Source of the DNA: Burkholderiales bacterium
GTDB lineage: Bacteria > Pseudomonadota > Gammaproteobacteria > Burkholderiales > SG8-39
Assembly (NCBI GenBank): GCA_014860355.1
Contig: JACZJV010000062.1
Location: forward strand, 759-64,758
Direction of reading: 5' to 3'
Length of the DNA stretch: 64,000 nt
Shown here: positions 1 through 10,052 of the stretch, in pieces
Numbering within the stretch: the stretch's first letter is position 1
How the letters are laid out: each line of letters begins with the position of its first letter
Notes under the pieces: generated by a model
What the model was told of the DNA's origin: nothing
What the model saw: only the letters and a program-made list of their open reading frames with translations
Databases searched by the model: none
Position numbers and translations under genes: made by a program

Positions 1-1
1 G

Positions 2-286
2 GAAGCGTTCGACGACAGCGAACAGCTGCGCGACCTCAACACGCCGGAGAATGTGCTGATGAGCAAACAGATCGCACAATCCGTGAACCAAAGCATGGAT
101 CGGCTGCCTGAAGAACTGAAGGCGGCGATAATGCTGCGCGAGATCGAAGGCATGAGCTACGAAGATATCGCGAAGATAATGGATTGCCCGATCGGCACGG
201 TGCGCTCCCGCATATTCCGTGCACGCGAAGCGATCGCGGAACAGCTGCGGCCGCTGCTGGATATATCCAAAGAAAAGAGATGGTGA
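2..286 (+). CDS. rpoE: RNA polymerase sigma factor RpoE (ECF), C-terminal part, 5' truncated by window edge
   Basis: Frame continues from window start (EAFDDSEQLRDLNTPENVLMSKQIAQ...); sigma-70 region 4 motif LPEELKAAIMLREIEGMSYEDIAKIMDCPIGTVRSRIFRAREAI; followed by rseA/rseB/degP. Confidence 0.95.
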   Translation, partial: EAFDDSEQLRDLNTPENVLMSKQIAQSVNQSMDRLPEELKAAIMLREIEGMSYEDIAKIMDCPIGTVRSRIFRAREAIAEQLRPLLDISKEKRW

Positions 287-290
287 TGCC

Positions 291-788
291 ATGAAAGAGA
301 CTTTGTCCGCGTGGATCGACGACGAGTTGAGCGACCAACAGGCCGGCCAGCTTCCAGCGCAACTCAAGCGCGATGGTGAGCTGCGCCGCAGCTGGGACTG
401 CTACCACCTGATCGGAGACAGCCTGCGCGGCATCCAGGGTCCGGACTTGTGCGCGCAGATTCGCGCCCGGCTCGATGCCGAGCCCACGGTGCTGGCGCCG
501 CAGCGCCGCAGCAAGCCTGAAAAGCTGCGCTGGGCCGCCTTGTCGATGGCGGCGAGCGTGGCCGCAGTGGCTTTCGTCGGCTGGATGGCTCTTCCCGGCA
601 CACAGCAGGATTCCTTGCGGCTTGCTTCGGCTCCGGCGCGCGAGGTCCGGCTGGTCGCAACGGCGGCGGGCGAGGGGGCCAAGGACTACCTGCTTGCACA
701 CCAGCGCTATTCGCCGAGCAGCGCCATGCAGGGCGTCGCCCCCTATGTGCGCACCGTGGCCGCAAGCCGGGCAAGCACGCGTCGATGA
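291..788 (+). CDS. rseA: Anti-sigma-E factor RseA/MucA family
   Basis: MKETLSAWIDDELSDQQAGQL...; one TM segment; sits between rpoE and rseB. Confidence 0.88.
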   Translation: MKETLSAWIDDELSDQQAGQLPAQLKRDGELRRSWDCYHLIGDSLRGIQGPDLCAQIRARLDAEPTVLAPQRRSKPEKLRWAALSMAASVAAVAFVGWMALPGTQQDSLRLASAPAREVRLVATAAGEGAKDYLLAHQRYSPSSAMQGVAPYVRTVAASRASTRR

Positions 789-1741
789 GATTCCTGGCGG
801 TGCTGTTGCTCGCGCTGCTGGCACAGGCAGTGCGGGCGGAAGAACCTGCGCTGTCGTGGCTGCAGCGCATGCATGTAGCAACGCAAACGCTCAGCTACAC
901 GGGAACATTCGTCTACCGCAGCGGCGAGCAGTCCGAAACGTCGCGCATCGTGCACGTGGTGGGCCGGAACGGAATACGCGAACGGCTGGAGACGCTGGAC
1001 GGCTATCCGCGCGAAATCGTGCGCGACGGCGACGAAGTGAAGTGCTACCTGCCGGACCGCATGACGGTAAAAGTCGACAAGCAGACGGATCACAAGATCT
1101 TTCCGGGATTGTTGCCGGAAAACCTGCAGGACATCAGCGCGCATTACGACCTCAGTACAGGCGCGGTCGAGCGCGTCGCAGGCTACGATTCCCGGGCTAT
1201 AATGCTGCAGCCGAGAGACAAGCTGCGATACGGCCGCAAATTATGGGCCGACATGAAAACCGGTATGCTGCTCAAATCCCAGACTTTCAACGAGGAGAAC
1301 GAACCGATCGAGCAGTTCGCTTTCACCGAGATCAGCATCGGCGGCAAGATCGACGACGAACAACTCAAACCCCGGCTCCTGGCCAGGGCGCGTGTCTGGC
1401 ATATAGAGAATTCGGCTGCCGTGGCGGCCAAGCTCTCGGTATCCGGCTGGAGCATAAAAGCGGAGCTTCCGGGATTCAAGAAAGTGACCGAGATGAAGCG
1501 CACCCAGGGCGGATCGGCCAAAGTCGGGCACGTGATCTACTCCGACGGGCTTGCCGCCATATCGGTGTTCATCGAGCCTATGTCCAACAAGACCTCGCTG
1601 CCGCCACCCGGGCTTTCGCGCCAGGGCGCGATCAACATCTACAGCCGGCAGGTCGCGGGTCATCTGGTAACCGTGGTCGGTGAGACACCTGCCGACAGCG
1701 TAAGGACGCTGGCCGAATCGGTGGAGTTCCGCACGCCGTGA
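785..1741 (+). CDS. rseB: Sigma-E regulatory protein RseB/MucB
   Basis: Signal peptide, ALSWLQRMHVATQTLSYTGTFVYRSG..., MucB/RseB family pattern; overlaps rseA stop. Confidence 0.9.
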   Translation: MRFLAVLLLALLAQAVRAEEPALSWLQRMHVATQTLSYTGTFVYRSGEQSETSRIVHVVGRNGIRERLETLDGYPREIVRDGDEVKCYLPDRMTVKVDKQTDHKIFPGLLPENLQDISAHYDLSTGAVERVAGYDSRAIMLQPRDKLRYGRKLWADMKTGMLLKSQTFNEENEPIEQFAFTEISIGGKIDDEQLKPRLLARARVWHIENSAAVAAKLSVSGWSIKAELPGFKKVTEMKRTQGGSAKVGHVIYSDGLAAISVFIEPMSNKTSLPPPGLSRQGAINIYSRQVAGHLVTVVGETPADSVRTLAESVEFRTP

Positions 1742-1821
1742 TGAATTGCGCGCGGCCGCCGCAGGCCTGTGCCGGAAAAAATCCGTAATACTCCGCGAAA
1801 CGCAAATTAAGGGACGTAACG

Positions 1822-3234
1822 ATGCGAAAAATATTGAGTCTATGGCTGCTGGTGCTGCTTCCGCTAGGTGCCTATGGCCAGGTGCGCGAATTGCCGGATT
1901 TCACCGAACTGGTGGAACAACAGGGTCCGGCAGTGGTCAACATCAGCACCGCGCAGAACCAGCGCGCACATCCGCAGATCCCGCAGATGCCGAATCTGGA
2001 AGAGGACGATCCGTTCTTCGAGTTCTTTCGCCGCTTCATGCCGCAGAATCCCGGCCAGGCGCCGCGCGAGTTTTCTACCCGCTCGCTGGGTTCGGGATTC
2101 ATCATCAGCGCGGACGGCTACATTCTCACCAACGCCCACGTAGTCGACGGCGCCGATGAAATCACGGTGCGCCTCATCGACAAGCGCGAATTCAAGGCCA
2201 AGGTCATCGGCGCGGACAAGCGCACCGACGTGGCCCTGATCAGGATCGACGCGAGCGGACTGCCGGTGGTCAAGCTGGGCGATCCGAACAAGCTCAAAGT
2301 CGGAGAATGGGTGCTCGCGATCGGTTCGCCCTTCGGTTTCGACAACACCGTTACCGCCGGCATAGTCAGCGGCAAGGCGCGCTCGCTGCCGCAGGAAAAC
2401 CTGGTGCCTTTCATCCAGACGGACGCAGCCGTAAACCCCGGAAATTCAGGCGGCCCCCTGTTCAACCTGCGCGGCGAGGTTGTCGGCATCAATTCGCAGA
2501 TCTACAGCCGGACCGGTGGCTACATGGGACTGTCGTTCGCCATCCCCATCGACATCGCGCTGGATGTGCAGAGCCAGCTGCGCAGCACCGGGCGCGTCAG
2601 CCGCGGCCGCATCGGCGTGGTGATCCAGGAAGTCACCAGGGAACTGGCGGATTCCTTCGGCCTGGCCGTAGCGCATGGCGCCCTGGTCAACGCGGTGGAA
2701 CGCGGCGGCCCGGCGGACAAGGCGGGAGTCGAGGTGAGCGACATCATCATCACTTTCGACGGCAAGAAAGTTGCAAGCTCGAGCGAACTCCCGCGCATAG
2801 TCGGCGCCACCCGCCCGGGCAGCAAGGTGGGCATGCAGGTATGGCGCAAAGGCGAGACCAGGGATCTGACGGTAACCGTAGGGGAGATCCCGACGGACAA
2901 GGTCGCAGGCGGCGAAAGCAAGCGCGCCAAGCCCGTAGAGGCGGTGGCCAACCGGCTGGGGCTGGTCCTGACGGACCTGTCGGCCGATCAGCGCAAGGAA
3001 CTGAAGATCGAGAGCGGCGTGCTGGTGGACGACGTGCGCGGCCAGCCACGCGGCGACCTGCGCAAAGGCGACATCATCCTGGCGCTAATCCACAAGGGCA
3101 CCAATACCGAGGCCAAGAGCGTAGCGCAGTTCAACAAGGCGCTGAACGCCATCGACAAATCGGTCACCATCACCTTGCACGTGCGCCGCGGTGAAAACCA
3201 GAGCTTCATCACCATCAAGGGCGTCAACGAGTGA
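1822..3234 (+). CDS. mucD: Periplasmic serine protease DegP/MucD family (trypsin + 2 PDZ)
   Basis: GSGFIISADGYILTNAHVVDGADEI, TDVALIRI, PGNSGGPLFNLRGEVVGIN. Confidence 0.95.
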   Translation: MRKILSLWLLVLLPLGAYGQVRELPDFTELVEQQGPAVVNISTAQNQRAHPQIPQMPNLEEDDPFFEFFRRFMPQNPGQAPREFSTRSLGSGFIISADGYILTNAHVVDGADEITVRLIDKREFKAKVIGADKRTDVALIRIDASGLPVVKLGDPNKLKVGEWVLAIGSPFGFDNTVTAGIVSGKARSLPQENLVPFIQTDAAVNPGNSGGPLFNLRGEVVGINSQIYSRTGGYMGLSFAIPIDIALDVQSQLRSTGRVSRGRIGVVIQEVTRELADSFGLAVAHGALVNAVERGGPADKAGVEVSDIIITFDGKKVASSSELPRIVGATRPGSKVGMQVWRKGETRDLTVTVGEIPTDKVAGGESKRAKPVEAVANRLGLVLTDLSADQRKELKIESGVLVDDVRGQPRGDLRKGDIILALIHKGTNTEAKSVAQFNKALNAIDKSVTITLHVRRGENQSFITIKGVNE

Positions 3235-3247
3235 CGTTCCGGCAGTG

Positions 3248-3520
3248 ATGCCATCGAGCGGCGTGGACGAGGCGCGTAAGCTGCAGCTCAAGCTCTACGG
3301 CCGAAGCTACTGTCACCTGTGCGACGAGATGCTCGCCGCCCTGGCGCCCTTGCGCGAGGAGTTTGGCTTCACCATTGAGCTCGTCGACGTAGACGCCGAT
3401 GCGGCCCTGGAGCAGCGCTTCGGCATCCTCGTGCCCGTGTTGATGCACGCGGACACCGAACTGTGTCACTATCATCTGGACGCCGCCATAGTCCGGGCCT
3501 ACCTGGCCAAGCTGAGCTGA
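3248..3520 (+). CDS. Glutaredoxin family protein (DUF836-like)
   Basis: LKLYGRSYCHLCDEMLAAL...ELVDVDADAALEQRFGILVPVL; CxxC thioredoxin fold. Confidence 0.8.
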   Translation: MPSSGVDEARKLQLKLYGRSYCHLCDEMLAALAPLREEFGFTIELVDVDADAALEQRFGILVPVLMHADTELCHYHLDAAIVRAYLAKLS

Positions 3521-3653
3521 CGATAGTCGAACGCCTGCGATGTGCGCGCCCATGCTTGCGCGCGTGCCCGGGCATTTGCCCGTCGCCTTCCGGCGAGTGT
3601 AGCGTTGCATCCCCAGGGCCCCGTTCTGGACGGCGGCTTATGTAGACGATCAG

Positions 3654-5678
3654 ATGGATCCAAACCCCAGGCACCTGTCCGCGCGGCATGGGTCAGCAAA
3701 CCTGACCCTGAGATCCGACATTCAAAGCCTGCGCGCACTGGCTGTTGCGCTGGTGGTCGCCGCGCATGCGCATGTGCCCGGTCTGTCGGGCGGATATGTT
3801 GGCGTGGACGTGTTTTTTGTGCTCTCCGGCTATTTGATCTCCGGGCTGATCCTGCGCGAGATCGAATCCACCGGGCAATTCGATCCCGGGCGGTTTTATG
3901 CCAAACGCCTCAAACGCCTGCTTCCCGCAATGCTCCTGGTATATGTATGCACGGCAATCGTGGCGCGGTTCGTCGTCAGCCCGCAACAACAGGCAAGCGA
4001 TTCCGCGGCAGGGCAGGCCGCCATGGTTTGGCTGAGCAACTTTTACTTTTCATCGCTCACGATCGATTATTTTTCGACTGGCGAGAACGGTAATCTATTC
4101 ATCCATACCTGGTCGCTCGCCGTCGAGGAGCAGTTCTATCTCATCTGGCCCTGGCTGCTCATGTTCTTGTACGGGTACTGGAAGTGGCAAGGGGTGCCGG
4201 CAAATCATGCCTCAACCGATCACAGGCGCCTGGCATATGGCTTGGGAATCGTGGCGGCTATTTCGCTGCTGCTATGCGCTTACCTGGCATATCGCCACGT
4301 CGAGGACGGGTTCTACCTGATGCCCGGCCGGGTCTGGGAATTCGCCCTTGGTGCCTTGTCGTTTCTGCTGAGACGCGCAGCCGAGGAGGGTCGTGCCGCG
4401 TGGCTGGAGCGCTTGCGCGGGCGATCCTTGTTGAACGCTGTGGGCTGGCTGTCCATCCTGCTGGCAGCGGTGGCCTATGGCGATGCGCTGCGCTACCCGG
4501 GGTTTTGGGCACTGCTACCATGCATGGGCGCCGTGCTGGTATTGCTCGACGCACCCCAGAAATCGCCTGAAAGCCGCGTATCGCGCCTGATGCTGCGCGC
4601 CTCGCCGCTGCAGTTCATCGGCAATGTTTCCTATGGCCTTTACCTGTGGCATTGGCCGGTTTTGATCCTCGGGGCGCAACTGTTCGGAAGCGGGGCGCTG
4701 ACTAACCTCGGTTTGGTAAGCTTGTGCGTGGGCCTGGCCGCCGCGACCTATTTTGCGGCCGAAAACCCCATCCATCGCGCGCCCTTGCGCAACGTTGCCA
4801 AGGTTCTGATCCTGTCGGTATCGGGCATGGCCCTGGGATTCCTGGTCATGTGGACATGGCAAAGAGAGGCAGCAGCTCAGTTGAAAATGCCCGAACTGGC
4901 GAAAATTCAGGCGGCAAAATTCGACCTTCCGAATGTCTATTCCCTGGATTGCGATACCTGGCATCACAGCGCGGAGCTTTCTGCCTGCGCTTACGGGCCG
5001 GAAAATGCCAGCCACACGGCCATAATGTTCGGTGACAGCGTGCTGGTGCAATGGTTTCCCGCAATCTCCGACATCTACCTGCGCAAACCGGGCTGGCGGC
5101 TGATCGTGCTGACAAAATCAGCTTGCCCGGCCTCGCAGGTGAGTTTCTACTATGAGCGGATCAAGGCCACCTATGAAGTATGCGATCTCTGGCGCCAGCG
5201 CGCGCTGGGCTACATAGAGCAATTGCGCCCGGAGGTGCTCATCATGGGCTCAAACGATTATGGTTTCAGCGCCGATCAATGGATCACGGGAACACGGGCG
5301 GTGCTGGACCGCTTGAGTCCGGCGACTCACACCGTGTTTATCATGAGTCCGACTCCGACCCTGGGCTTCGACGGCCCGAACTGCCTTTCGACGGAGGCCA
5401 ACCTGCCGCATTGGTCTCCTCGATACGGTCGTTGCGAGACCAGGCTCAAATCACCGGCCGGTCAATCCATACTCCGGATACTGAGCCGGGCGGCATCACC
5501 TTACCAGAACGTGCATGTAATCGACCTGAGCGATTCAGTGTGCCCGGACGGACTGTGCAAAGCCCGCTTCCAGGCAGGAATACGCTTTCGCGATGGAAAA
5601 CACCTGACCGCGTCCTTTGTTCGGTCCATGGCGCCAGCGCTTGAGCGTGCCTTGGGGCTCGCCGGCGAGCCGCGGTAG
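3654..5678 (+). CDS. OafA/YrhL-type membrane acyltransferase 3 with C-terminal SGNH domain
   Basis: DIQSLRALAVALVVAAHAHVPGLSGGYVGVDVFFVLSGYLISGLI; multi-TM; C-terminal FGDSVLVQWFP block and DGKHLTASF. Confidence 0.9.
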   Translation: MDPNPRHLSARHGSANLTLRSDIQSLRALAVALVVAAHAHVPGLSGGYVGVDVFFVLSGYLISGLILREIESTGQFDPGRFYAKRLKRLLPAMLLVYVCTAIVARFVVSPQQQASDSAAGQAAMVWLSNFYFSSLTIDYFSTGENGNLFIHTWSLAVEEQFYLIWPWLLMFLYGYWKWQGVPANHASTDHRRLAYGLGIVAAISLLLCAYLAYRHVEDGFYLMPGRVWEFALGALSFLLRRAAEEGRAAWLERLRGRSLLNAVGWLSILLAAVAYGDALRYPGFWALLPCMGAVLVLLDAPQKSPESRVSRLMLRASPLQFIGNVSYGLYLWHWPVLILGAQLFGSGALTNLGLVSLCVGLAAATYFAAENPIHRAPLRNVAKVLILSVSGMALGFLVMWTWQREAAAQLKMPELAKIQAAKFDLPNVYSLDCDTWHHSAELSACAYGPENASHTAIMFGDSVLVQWFPAISDIYLRKPGWRLIVLTKSACPASQVSFYYERIKATYEVCDLWRQRALGYIEQLRPEVLIMGSNDYGFSADQWITGTRAVLDRLSPATHTVFIMSPTPTLGFDGPNCLSTEANLPHWSPRYGRCETRLKSPAGQSILRILSRAASPYQNVHVIDLSDSVCPDGLCKARFQAGIRFRDGKHLTASFVRSMAPALERALGLAGEPR

Positions 5679-5759
5679 ACCAGGGACCGGCGGGCGGCGG
5701 CCGCCAGTCCAAGCGGACAGCGGAGACTCGCCGGGTGAAAACCGGCTTTGCACGCCGCG

Positions 5760-5888
5760 CAGTCGAAAGCGATGGCGGCAGTGTTTCCCGCCGGACGGGG
5801 TCGCCTCAAGGTATAATCGGGCACCGTCCGTGAGTTTGTATGCCTTCGCGCTTTTCCCGGCCTGCGCCACTTCGATTCTCGTGAGCAT
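5760..5888 (-). pseudogene. Remnant of N-terminal domain of a P4-type tyrosine recombinase/integrase (DUF4102-like)
   Basis: Minus-strand MLTRIEVAQAGKSAKAYKLTDGARLYLEATPSGGKHCRHRFRL preceded by AAGGAGGGAGTACCC-ATG; no integrase catalytic domain follows. Confidence 0.6.
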
Positions 5889-6092
5889 GGGTACTCCCTC
5901 CTTAGGAATTCGGCAGTGACGAATGGTGGACAGCCTTGCGTTTCGCATGGTTGGCGGCAGGATGCGGACAGGTTTTTTTGGCCTGGTTGCGTCACGCCCG
6001 CGATTTGCTGCGATTGCGTGTTGCGCCTTGGTGCGAACGGTGAAAGACTTTTTTATCAAAAAAGCGTGTCAGGTATAGCGATACAAATCTAG

Positions 6093-7880
6093 ATGCAGCA
6101 CATCCGCAATTTTTCCATTATCGCCCACATCGATCACGGCAAATCGACGCTGGCCGATCGCTTCATCCAGTTGTGCGGCGGTTTGTCGGACCGCGAAATG
6201 GAGGCGCAGGTGCTCGATTCCATGGACCTGGAGCGCGAGCGCGGCATCACCATCAAGGCGCAGACGGCGGCGCTGCAGTATAAGGCGCGCGATGGGCAGA
6301 TCTATAACCTCAATCTGATCGATACCCCGGGGCACGTCGATTTTTCCTACGAAGTGTCGCGCTCGCTCGCCGCCTGCGAGGGTGCGGTGCTCGTGGTCGA
6401 CGCCTCGCAGGGCGTGGAAGCGCAGACCGTGGCCAATTGCTATACCGCGATCGAGCAGGGCGTCGAAGTGGTGCCGGTGTTGAACAAGATCGACCTGCCT
6501 TCGGCTGATCCGGAGGGCGCGATAGGCGAGATCGAGGACGTGATCGGCATCGACGCCAAGGATGCGCTGCGCGTCAGCGCCAAGACCGGCGAGGGCGTGC
6601 AGGACATACTCGAAGCGGTGATCGCGCGCATACCGGCGCCCAAGGGCGACCCCGATGCGCCGCTGAAGGCGCTCATCATCGATTCCTGGTTCGACAACTA
6701 CGTCGGCGTGGTCATGCTGGTGCGGATGATGGACGGCACGCTGCGCCCGAAGGACAAGATCCTGCTCATGTCCGCCGGCACCTCGCACCTGTGCGAGCAG
6801 GTTGGCGTGTTCACCCCCAAGTCGCAGGCGCGCAAACAGCTGCTCGCGGGCGAGGTGGGCTTCATCATCTCCGGCATCAAGGAGTTGCAGGCAGCCAAGG
6901 TGGGTGACACCGTCACCCTGCTGGAGCGCCCCGCGAGCGCGCCGCTGCCCGGCTTCAAGGTGATCAAGCCGCAGGTCTTCGCCGGCCTGTATCCGGTCGA
7001 GGCGAACCAGTACGACGACCTGCGCGATGCGCTGAACAAGCTGAAACTCAACGACGCCTCGCTGCAATACGAGCCGGAGGTGTCGCAGGCGCTCGGCTTC
7101 GGCTTTCGCTGCGGCTTTCTCGGCCTGCTGCATATGGACATCGTGCAGGAGCGGCTGGAGCGCGAGTACGACCAGAATCTGATCACGACCGCGCCGACGG
7201 TCGTGTACGAGGTGCAGATGCGCGACGGCACGCTGGAGCGGGTGGAGAATCCTGCCAAGATGCCGGACCTGTCACGGATCGAGGAGATACGCGAACCCAT
7301 CATTACCTCGACGATCTTCGTGCCGCAGGAACACGTCGGCGCGATCATGACGCTGTGCACGCAGAAACGCGGAGTGCAGAAGAACATGCAATACACCGGG
7401 CGGCACGTGATGCTGACCTACGAGCTGCCGCTCTCCGAAGTGGTGATGGATTTCTTCGACAAGCTCAAGTCGGCCAGCCGCGGCTACGCCTCGCTCGATT
7501 ACGAATTCAAGGAGTACCGCGCCGCCGACGTGGTGAAGCTGGATATCCTCATCAACGGCGATCGCGTGGACGCACTGTCGCTGATGGTGCATCGGGACAA
7601 CAGTCGTTACCGCGGGCGCGAGTTGGTATCGCGCATGCGCAAGCTGATCCCGCGGCAGATGTTCGACGTTGCGGTGCAAGCGGCGATCGGCGCCAACATC
7701 ATTGCGCGCGAGAACGTTTCGGCGCTGCGCAAGAACGTGCTGGCAAAATGCTACGGTGGCGACATCACGCGCAAGAAGAAACTGCTGGAGAAGCAAAAAG
7801 CCGGCAAGAAACGCATGAAACAGGTGGGCAACGTGGAAATCCCGCAGGAGGCCTTTCTTGCCATTTTGCAGGTGGATTAG
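6093..7880 (+). CDS. lepA: Elongation factor 4 (LepA)
   Basis: [29 protein letters not shown]...; [31 protein letters not shown]. Confidence 0.98.
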   Translation: MQHIRNFSIIAHIDHGKSTLADRFIQLCGGLSDREMEAQVLDSMDLERERGITIKAQTAALQYKARDGQIYNLNLIDTPGHVDFSYEVSRSLAACEGAVLVVDASQGVEAQTVANCYTAIEQGVEVVPVLNKIDLPSADPEGAIGEIEDVIGIDAKDALRVSAKTGEGVQDILEAVIARIPAPKGDPDAPLKALIIDSWFDNYVGVVMLVRMMDGTLRPKDKILLMSAGTSHLCEQVGVFTPKSQARKQLLAGEVGFIISGIKELQAAKVGDTVTLLERPASAPLPGFKVIKPQVFAGLYPVEANQYDDLRDALNKLKLNDASLQYEPEVSQALGFGFRCGFLGLLHMDIVQERLEREYDQNLITTAPTVVYEVQMRDGTLERVENPAKMPDLSRIEEIREPIITSTIFVPQEHVGAIMTLCTQKRGVQKNMQYTGRHVMLTYELPLSEVVMDFFDKLKSASRGYASLDYEFKEYRAADVVKLDILINGDRVDALSLMVHRDNSRYRGRELVSRMRKLIPRQMFDVAVQAAIGANIIARENVSALRKNVLAKCYGGDITRKKKLLEKQKAGKKRMKQVGNVEIPQEAFLAILQVD

Positions 7881-7942
7881 TTGTTCATACCGTCGGCCTG
7901 CCAGGAGCGGCCATTGCGCGCTCGCGTGCGCCAACCATGTAT

Positions 7943-7973
7943 TTGGTACGGATGGAAAGCGTATCCATACCAA
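7943..7973. repeat. Inverted repeat/hairpin downstream of lepA
   Basis: TTGGTACGGAT-GGAAAGCGT-ATCCATACCAA, 10 of 11 pairs. Confidence 0.6.
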
Positions 7974-8028
7974 AAAGTTCATTATGAATATTGGCAATTG
8001 CAGCTTGGGTTTGCTCTTATCCAAGATC

Positions 8029-8070
8029 GCCGATCGCGTATGGACGGCTTTTCGTCCGTGCGCCATCGGC
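8029..8070. repeat. Long imperfect hairpin in lepA-lepB gap
   Basis: GCCGATCGCGTATGGACG-GCTTTT-CGTCCGTGCGCCATCGGC; 15 Watson-Crick pairs + 2 G.U of 18. Confidence 0.7.
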
Positions 8071-8075
8071 GATCC

Positions 8076-8099
8076 GCGCGGACGGGCCGCCGTCCGCGC
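8076..8099. repeat. Perfect 10-bp stem hairpin in lepA-lepB gap
   Basis: GCGCGGACGG-GCCG-CCGTCCGCGC. Confidence 0.75.
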
Positions 8100-8185
8100 A
8101 AGTGCGGACAATCTTTCGTCCGCGCAGCATCGTAACTCTGTAACAATGAGCGGCGCGATTTAGGGCGTTACTCGCGGGAATACAT

Positions 8186-8974
8186 ATGAATTTTGCACTG
8201 CTGCTTTTCATTCTTCTGCTCGTCACCGGCATCTTCTCCGCCATGGACGCGGTCTATTTTGCCAAGCGCCGCGCCGCCGGCGAGAGGGAGCCATGGTGGA
8301 TCGAATATCCGAAGAGTTTCTTCCCGGTCATTCTGATCGTATTCCTGCTGCGTTCGTTCCTGGTGGAACCATTCAAGATTCCTTCCGGGTCGATGATTCC
8401 GACTTTGCTGGTGGGTGATTTCATCCTGGTCAACAAATACACCTACGGCATCCGCCTGCCGGTGATCAACAAGAAGGTCATCGACATCGGCGAGCCCCAG
8501 CGCGGCGACGTCATGGTATTCCGCTACCCTGAGGATCCGTCGGTCGACTACATCAAGCGCGTCGTCGGCCTGCCCGGAGACAAGATCGCCTACGAGGGCA
8601 AGCGGCTCTTCATCAACGGCCTGGAAGTACCGCTGCAGGACGCAGGCGATTATCTGCTCAAGGACAAGATCCAGTACCTGAAACAGTACACCGAGACGCT
8701 GGGCAAGATCGAACACCCTATCCTGCTCGACCGGAGCGAACCCAACGCCATGCCCTATGTAAAACAGTTCCCCCACCGGGAAAATTGCATTTACAATAAT
8801 AAGGGGTTGAAGTGCACGGTCCCGCCGGGCAGCTATTTCATGATGGGCGACAATCGCGACAACAGCAGCGACAGCCGGGTATGGGGTTTCGTGCCCGAAG
8901 CAAATATCGTCGGCAAAGCCTTTTTCATCTGGTTCAATTTCAGCGAGCTGAAGCGCTTCGGAAGTTTCAATTGA
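8186..8974 (+). CDS. lepB: Signal peptidase I
   Basis: PFKIPSGSMIPTLLVGDFILVNKYTYGIRLP, GDVMVFRYPEDPSVDYIKRVVGLPGD, MGDNRDNSSDSRVWGFVP. Confidence 0.97.
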   Translation: MNFALLLFILLLVTGIFSAMDAVYFAKRRAAGEREPWWIEYPKSFFPVILIVFLLRSFLVEPFKIPSGSMIPTLLVGDFILVNKYTYGIRLPVINKKVIDIGEPQRGDVMVFRYPEDPSVDYIKRVVGLPGDKIAYEGKRLFINGLEVPLQDAGDYLLKDKIQYLKQYTETLGKIEHPILLDRSEPNAMPYVKQFPHRENCIYNNKGLKCTVPPGSYFMMGDNRDNSSDSRVWGFVPEANIVGKAFFIWFNFSELKRFGSFN

Positions 8975-8988
8975 GGAGCCACGCAACT

Positions 8989-9360
8989 ATGCGCAACAAG
9001 CAACGCGGTGTCAGTTTTCCGGTGATCTTCCTGATCGGCGTCGTGCTCGCGCTGGCTGCAGTGGGTGCGATGAAGGTCTTGCCCGCCTATATGGACTACG
9101 CGACCGCCAGAAAAGCAATCATCGCGATAGCAGCAAGCGAAGGCCGCGCCGGCAGCGTCAGTGAAGTGCGCAAGGCTTTCGAACGCCGCGCCACCGTCGA
9201 CAACATTACGGTCGTGAATGCCGGGGAACTCGATATCAGCAAGGAGGGCGGCGACCTCGTGATCTCCTTCGAGTACGCGCAGAAGATCCCCCTGTTCGCC
9301 AATGTGTCGCTGTTAATCGACTTTTCCGCCAGCACCTCTGGCAAATCGGACACAGAGTAG
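8989..9360 (+). CDS. DUF4845-type small membrane protein
   Basis: [44 protein letters not shown]; conserved position between lepB and rnc. Confidence 0.8.
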   Translation: MRNKQRGVSFPVIFLIGVVLALAAVGAMKVLPAYMDYATARKAIIAIAASEGRAGSVSEVRKAFERRATVDNITVVNAGELDISKEGGDLVISFEYAQKIPLFANVSLLIDFSASTSGKSDTE

Positions 9361-9383
9361 CTGCGTTCCATGCCCTGTGCGTG

Positions 9384-10052
9384 ATGGACTACGGGCCGCT
9401 ACAGCGTAAGCTGGGTTACAGCTTCGTGCAGGCGCCCCTGCTGCAACAGGCGCTGACCCACCGCAGCCACAGCACGCAGCATAACGAGCGCGTAGAGTTC
9501 CTCGGCGACAGCGTGCTCAATTGCTGCATCGCGCATGAACTGTACCAGCGCTTCGCCGATCTGAAGGAAGGCGAGCTGTCGCGCCTGCGCGCCAACCTGG
9601 TGCGGCAGGAAACCCTGGCCGAACTGGCGCAGGAACTGGAACTGGGAAGCTATCTGCGTCTGGGCGAAGGCGAGTTGAGGAGCGGGGGTTTCCGCCGTCC
9701 CTCGATCCTGGCGGACGGCCTGGAAGCGCTGTTTGGCGCGGTTTTTCTGGACGGCGGCTTTGCGGCGGCGCAGGGCGTGGTTCGCGCCCGCTATGCATCC
9801 CTGCTGGAACACATGGATCCGCAAACCCTGGGCAAGGATCCCAAGACCCTGCTGCAGGAGCTGCTGCAGGCGCGCAGGCTCCCCCTGCCGCAGTATGCGG
9901 TGGTCGGGACCAAGGGTGCCGCGCATCAACAGCTGTTTCAGGTGGAATGCCAGATTCCGCAGCTGGCGATCCGCACCGTCGGCTTTGGCGCCAGCCGGCG
10001 CATCGCCGAACAGGAAGCGGCGCAGCTTGCCTACGGGCAGATGCACAAATGA
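9384..10052 (+). CDS. rnc: Ribonuclease III
   Basis: [23 protein letters not shown]; C-terminal dsRBD. Confidence 0.96.
   Translation: MDYGPLQRKLGYSFVQAPLLQQALTHRSHSTQHNERVEFLGDSVLNCCIAHELYQRFADLKEGELSRLRANLVRQETLAELAQELELGSYLRLGEGELRSGGFRRPSILADGLEALFGAVFLDGGFAAAQGVVRARYASLLEHMDPQTLGKDPKTLLQELLQARRLPLPQYAVVGTKGAAHQQLFQVECQIPQLAIRTVGFGASRRIAEQEAAQLAYGQMHK

Noticed and set aside
6069-7133. 354-aa minus-strand ORF opposite lepA
   Set aside because: Shadow ORF of lepA
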